DNA of 64,000 bases. Source: Vicugna vicugna (taxonomy: Eukaryota). Made by a program: the position numbers and the translations under genes. Shown here one piece after another: positions 59,666 to 64,000 of this stretch. Position 1 is the stretch's first letter. Each line of letters begins with the position of its first letter. A model generated the notes under the pieces. It worked only from the letters and a program-made list of their open reading frames with translations. It did no database searches and was not told the origin of the DNA. The stretch covers positions 2,743,061 to 2,807,060 of the forward strand of contig MU058423.1 in NCBI GenBank assembly GCA_013265495.1, written 5' to 3'.

Positions 59666-61134
59666 GTAAGTAATATTTTGAGTCTGTTAACTCAGCCTAG
59701 CAAGAAGGTGGTGCAGATTTGGGGAGTTTAAGTACTGAATGTTGCTATTTTGTGAAATTGTCTCCGACCTCAATCGTGGAAAATACATGTTTGCAGGGCA
59801 GACATTCTGAAAGCTGTGGTTGGTTTGGTTTTACTTTAGAACTGGGAGTAGCATGTGACCACTTTCTTCCATAATAGGAAGATAGGCATGTTTTTAGTCC
59901 TTGGTGGCTACTTGGCATCAAGATGAACAAGAAGAAGAAAGAGGAAAGAGAGTGCTATGTGTGAGAAAGAAGGGAACCTTACAATACTTGGGAAAACCTC
60001 TATGTGGAAGTGGAAAACTGCATATTACACAGCGTGACATTTTCCCTCCAAACTATATTGGTCCTGTGTCCTTTCCCACAGTTAGTGTTAAAGGACTGTG
60101 GTGCTCAGGTCTCATCGTTGTTCAGCTCCATCTGTTGTCCCTTCCCCTACCACAAAGCAGATGCTACCTGGATCGGGGGAATGGAAGGAGAGTCAGTCCG
60201 CTCCTTCCTTCTTCCTCCCAGTCTGTAGCCCATCTCCCAGGAGGAGGGATGCTGAAGATTCACTGGCCTCAAGTCTTGGATCAGGGCTTGACTGTTACCT
60301 GGCTCTGATTATCCTGACTGAACAAGGGCAGGGGCCGCAACTCATACCTTCTAGTGTTCCAGTAGCGTGTGTATCATAGCATTGACGCACATGATGGCTA
60401 TATTAGGAGCCGAAAGAAATGTAATTTTGGTGCTGAAGAGCAAGTTTATAAATATCTTATTTTAATTAATTTTAAACTCCTGGTAGGATTTCTTTAAGCA
60501 TGTTTCATTTTCTTCTAGAATTTGAGTTGTTCCCTAATTTCCATGATTTATTCATTTATCTAAGATAGTTGGTGTCTCCAAAATGTCTTGTTATATGCCT
60601 GTTTTGAGTCTCTAGCCTCTTGTTCTAATCTATCAGAATCTTATCCTCCTGCATATTTTTTTCTAGAAAAGTACTTATTTAAAAAATTAATTTCATGAAG
60701 AACTAACAGCAGGGAGCAGAAGAAAAGGACAGATGTGACATAGTGACCACTTTTGGAGCACCCACTCTCTGCTAGCCTCTGTAAGCAGGAAGCGAGATGG
60801 TTCTTGCCTGGGAGTATCTCACAGTATCACAGTATCTCACAATAATGTGGATACAAAATAGTTAAATCCTTACTTTACTTTAATGTGGAGTTGTTGAGCT
60901 CCATCTCACTGCTTCAGGTGTAGGCGGTGGGACCATCTCAGCAAAAAGAGTTGAGATTTTGAATCATAGTAAGCCCCAATCACTTGGTCTTTCTTGGTTT
61001 TCAGATGTGTTACACTCTAGGCTACTACAAAGCAGGGCTATTGCCAGTCTTTCAGACGTTGATTTAATGCCATCACATGTTAGCATGTAATTGGACTATT
61101 TTTTTTATTGACCACATGCTTTTTGTCTCTCCAG

Positions 61135-61208
61135 ATCATTCTAGTCTTGACTACCTTCCATGTACCACTGGTAATTATGACTTTTGGACAGTCCAAGCTG
61201 TATCGAAG
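61135..61208 (+). CDS. SORT1: Sortilin exon 3 ([24 protein letters not shown], split codon); gene continues beyond the window
   Basis: Acceptor TTTTTGTCTCTCCAG; donor AAG|GTGAGA; SKLYRS leads into the first Asp-box. Confidence 0.97.
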
Positions 61209-64000
61209 GTGAGATTCGTAACATATGACTGGGACATTTGATCAAGTAACACATTGTGAATGGAAGTTCTCTACTTTTCTAGACATGATGGGGTCTAACA
61301 GTTGATTTAAAAGATCTTTAGTCATCTTAAATTTTCGTGAGACCCTCACACTCAGCACACTTTTTAGTATTTACCTAGAAACCTAAAAAAGTTAGAAAAA
61401 GGATCTAGTTCCAAGGAAATTAGGTTGACTTGACTGAGTAGCAGAACAGTAAAGGGAGATGAAGGAAGAATGTACAAGGATGTGTGTTTATTAATTTAAA
61501 TGGATATTTATTTGTGGGGAGGTAGCATAGAGTTTAACCATCTTTCTGTTATGCGCACAAAGTGGTTTTTATACCCCTGAAGTAGCAATCCTTACTGGAC
61601 CTTCCAAGTGAATATTATTTATCTAACACTTTGGGCCCCAGATAGATTGTTTCTAGATCAGGAGGAAGTTCTCAGGTCAGACCTACCAAAGTGCCTGACA
61701 ATAATGGTGATAATGTATGTTCTGGAACCATAGTCTATACTGTGACATTCACAGAGTTTTAGAGTTGTCTTCTCAAAGGTACAGCTTGGTTAAATCGAGG
61801 TTTTTTTTTTTTTTTTTCCCTTACCCATAAGATTCATAACCAGCTAACTCTCAGAAGTTGCTGATTGTTTTCTCAGTCATTTGTGTCTATCCCATTTTTC
61901 CCCTAGGGACCTAAAGAAATATGACATCCCAGGAGATAACATAGAAACTACCGTCAGGGCCAAAGGATCTCCCAGGAGCCTTCATACTTTCTCAGGGTTC
62001 TTTATTTGACTTTTGGTCTTGGCCAAGGTGGGAATGAACCCTTGTTGAAGCTCTGATATGGATCAGCTCAACCTCCCTTCCCCAATAGGTGTGACCCTTG
62101 ACTGCTGCTCCTGAGCCTGGAGCCAGTGCTCCCTTCCTTTCAACACAGTGACAATGGCTTAAAAATAGGGCAAGGAGTTGCCATCTTGGAATTGTTGTAA
62201 GCTCCATGAAGGTGAGGCTTTTGACTAACTTGGGGTTCTCCAGCATCTAGCCAGACGATTGACACATAGCAGGCAAGCAGTACATACTGATTGAATGAAT
62301 GAATGCCTTAGCTTCTCTAGTAACTCTTAGATTAATAATATTTTTGTTTGTTTGATAAGGACTGACAAGGTATTACAGAATACTGTTCTAGAAGGCACCA
62401 TAAATTATAGCTGATTTATAGGTGATATTAGAACAGTAGCTGAATCATTTCAGACAGATGAAAAGTATTCTGTTTTGGAAGAAAAAAATGCATAAAAATT
62501 TTTTGTAACTTTATTAACTCTTTCTAGTGTTTAAGAAACTTTGCTTTCATAAAATCTTTCTTGATACAGTTTTTCTTTCCAACTCACCTTTCATTAAAAA
62601 GGCAATACAACCATATTATAAAACATTTGGAGATTTAAAAAGAAAAAAAAAACTCACCGTAAAGACAAGTAATCTTATTTTATTTACAGTCTATTATTTT
62701 GATTTTCCACTCTAATGTTATGTCATATGGCTATCTAGCCTTGGGAAGCAACCATGGTACAGTGTAAAGTTGCCAGATTTTGTTGGCAGATAGACCTGGG
62801 ATTGAATCTCAGCATTGTCATTTGTAAGCAGAATGAACTTGGGCAAGTCATTTAACCTCCCTGAGTCTTTTTTTGTCATCTGTAAAAGAACGCTAATGGC
62901 CACCCTGGAGCTGTTGTGAGTTATGTTTTGCAGTGCCTGCCATGGAGTAAGAACGTGGTGCTATTAGTTACTGCCTTGCCAACAGCCAGGGATGGCACAT
63001 AGCCAGTGTGTGCTGGCATTGTGGTACCAGTTTCTAAAATGAATTGAAAGCCTTCCATACCAGTTGAAGAAAAGTGATTGCCTGCCCCTAGATGCCTCCA
63101 TGACTTCTACTAATGCACACATCCCCCCAGTCCCTGCCAACATGCAAGTGTTACTGACATCCGGCATTATGAACTATAACTGTTCTGAATGGTTAGTGCT
63201 CATACCATAATACATTTCACATTCCCTCTGCTAGTAATCCATCATTTTTGTTAGACAGACCGAATGTACTTAATCGTTATTCTCTTGGACACTTAAATTG
63301 TAGCTAACTTTTTCACTATTATTAATGCTGCTGTGATGAATATCACACATATGTGTTGTAGAAGATGCCAATTTCCAGTTTATCTTCTGGTAGCAAATAA
63401 AAACCTCCTCTCTGATCCTTGCTTGTTTTGAACACTGCTTACTAAACTCCTCCTTCTACTGGTTGAATTATCTTCTAAACCTGTTGCTTCAGCCACTTTC
63501 GCTTGCCTTCTGAATTCACTTTTTTAGTCTCTATATTGCTCTTTAATCATGTGTCTAGAACTGGACTAGACAGGTTCCTGAGTCACACCCATGGGGAGTG
63601 AAATGTGTTTGCACACATTTTTTCCCATCCTTGTGCTTACTTTGAAACGATCAAAAACAAAATGATATCACTATGTTACTATTTAAATACCTACCACCAT
63701 CTGACTCAGCCATTTTCCATCCTATATTTGTATTGTCATGTGAGAAATCCCTCACATATACTTTACCAGAGAGTCATCCTACTTGTTTCTGGTATGGTAT
63801 CATGTTACTAAGGTTCTTTTTCTTCATGTTGTACAGCAGGCTTGTTTATTTTTACCAAGGTCATTTTGAATATTAATTACTTCCTCCCTACTGTGAAATG
63901 AAAACTCTCCCAGAGTTTATGTGGAAACTGTAAATATGCCTGTTGCCTCTCCAGCTGGGCTGGCCTGGCTTGATCTGAAGTGACTCATGTTGTTGGACAC

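Noticed and set aside
60813..60842. Short tandem GTATC(TC)ACA x3
   Set aside because: Local slippage duplication; no spacer structure or other support.

Overview
Mammalian genomic DNA (about 40% GC by eye, two CpG islands, repeat-dense). It is most likely from a camelid (alpaca/camel lineage), inferred from six copies of a tRNA-derived SINE resembling vic-1 and the absence of recognisable Alu, BovB or PRE1 elements. The window holds the complete PSMA5 gene (proteasome subunit alpha-5; 9 coding exons, 14857-36096, + strand, 241 aa). About 3.4 kb downstream on the same strand is the 5' part of SORT1 (sortilin; coding exons 1-3, continuing past the window end). Upstream of PSMA5 is a decayed, near full-length ERV-L-class provirus on the minus strand (about 4150-12725) carrying nested MaLR/MLT2 LTRs and a SINE. 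Main leads: (i) a candidate alternative SORT1 first exon at about 42890-43046 whose open frame is in phase with exon 2, ends in a signal-peptide-like segment and would gain an in-frame ATG if a (TG)6 tract lost one unit; (ii) a MaLR internal region bounded by mismatched MLT1 and MLT2 LTRs; (iii) an internally primed L1 ORF2 insertion with a target-site duplication; (iv) competing or cryptic splice signals and an ARE in PSMA5. Most ORFs in the supplied track are spurious. Repeat subfamily names and comparisons to human proteins come from my recall of consensus sequences, not from a database search.
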